From Macrostomum lignano (lineage: Eukaryota): a stretch of DNA of 64,000 nucleotides. The DNA lies in contig NIVC01001696.1 of assembly GCA_002269645.1 (NCBI GenBank), positions 124,001 through 188,000 on the forward strand, in the 5' to 3' direction. The position numbers and the translations under genes are program-made. This document shows positions 62,826 through 64,000 of this stretch, in pieces. Position 1 is the stretch's first letter. Each line of letters opens with the position of its first letter. Below the pieces are notes generated by a model. The model searched no databases. It saw nothing but the letters and a program-made list of their open reading frames with translations, and was not told where the DNA came from.

Positions 62826-64000
62826 GTAAGTAAATTTAACTAATAAATTTAATCATTTAACTTAAATATAATAAGTAGAATTAAATAAATTAATTGCCAA
62901 TGTCATATCAAAATGGTTTGGATACAATACAACATTATTTAGTTTTCTTTTTTTAAATCCTCTTTTTACATTATTATAATTTTATCTTGCATATGTTAGA
63001 TATCATTAATTCCTTTTAAAAGGCACTAAAGTAATAAAATTATATTAAAGTTAACCCTTGTCCATAGTCAGGATCATGCTGTGTGTGCCGGAAGCCACCC
63101 CAAAAATTTTTTTGGTGCTCCAGGTATGCCAGGTAAAATGCAAAAGTGCGCCAGGTGCAAGAGTCCTAAATCCTAATCCTAATTTTTTTAAAATGCACAA
63201 TATATACAAAATCATAATATATTATAAGTTGTAACATTTTGCGTAATTGCAAGTAAAGATTATAAATTGAAGATTTGAAGATTTAATGTTTTTAACTTCA
63301 AAAATAAAGAATAAAAAAGAGAAATAAAACACAATTTAGAGAATATTTTAAATGAAGCAATAGTTGTCAATTGTCATAACAATATATTTGCAAAATCATT
63401 GTAAAACTTTGTGCAAAATTTCACATTTCATGTACTTTACATTCTTTGATTTTGTCTTTCGCAATGGCCATGGCGTAGCCTCCTCTAGTGTGCGCTATGC
63501 ATGTGCACCATGCAAGGTATGCCAATTGTATATACGCCAAGATGTATACCAAAAGACCCTTTCAAAAATTTTATGCACCAAGTGTATGCTAGCTATCCTA
63601 AATGTGCACCGGAAATTTCCAGCGTACATAACATGATCCTGAGTGTGGACCCTTGTTGGCCTTGATATGATATAAACTAGTCTAGATGATATTATAATAT
63701 ACATTTTGTCTTTTTGAATTTTTTTTGAATTGAAAGACTGCCATTAGACTGCTTAGGCTAGAAGTATAGTACATGTACTTATGCTACCAATAGATAAATA
63801 TAAGGTGAAATCCAAAAATCGGGGGCAAGTTTTATGAAAATTCGTTTTTTGGCAATTTGAAGGCAATAAAGCTATAAAATAAATTTATTCAAGTTTTTAA
63901 AAGGTAAAAAAGTCTATTAAAGCACAAATTATTTTCGTATAGCTTTATTTTTAATAAAATGATTTGTTAAAACGGTAAGTTTAATTACGACCTAAAATGA

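Noticed and set aside
63050-63180. piggyBac end (TTAA|CCCT)
   Set aside because: No matching AGGG|TTAA end seen within the window.

Overview
Eukaryotic, repeat-rich animal genomic DNA with GT-AG introns and GC-rich exons in AT-rich flanks. The style suggests a free-living flatworm such as Macrostomum, which is inference only. In order: a 1.8-kb (TATC)n tract, then a ~7.4-kb segment repeated ~2.5 times (~2330-20945). Each copy carries one 9-exon minus-strand gene for a secreted ~753-aa protein with three hemicentin/VWA7-type VWA domains; the ORF track splits it into fragments, and copy 2 is frameshifted. The spacers hold a 23-bp A-box repeat, a Penelope-like RT fossil and a hairpin MITE that is rearranged between copies. 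Next come a hAT MITE, several minisatellites, a 3-exon CLIC gene, an orphan myristoylation-type exon, a 2-exon FAAH-like amidase, a 2-exon DEG/ENaC channel, CORE-type SINEs and a nest of three TA-targeting Tc1/IS630-type transposons. The right end has a 2-exon ~1549-aa ankyrin-repeat TRP channel of unusual architecture, two divergently oriented solo LTRs and the first exon of a possible amidated-peptide precursor. Best leads: (i) TACATGTA octamers that look like Tc1/mariner excision scars, one caught inside a tandem-repeat unit; (ii) the amplified triple-VWA secreted protein; (iii) the ~18-ankyrin TRP channel with a TRPC/TRPM-type body; (iv) the candidate prohormone. All coordinates and counts were read by eye; no database searches were run.
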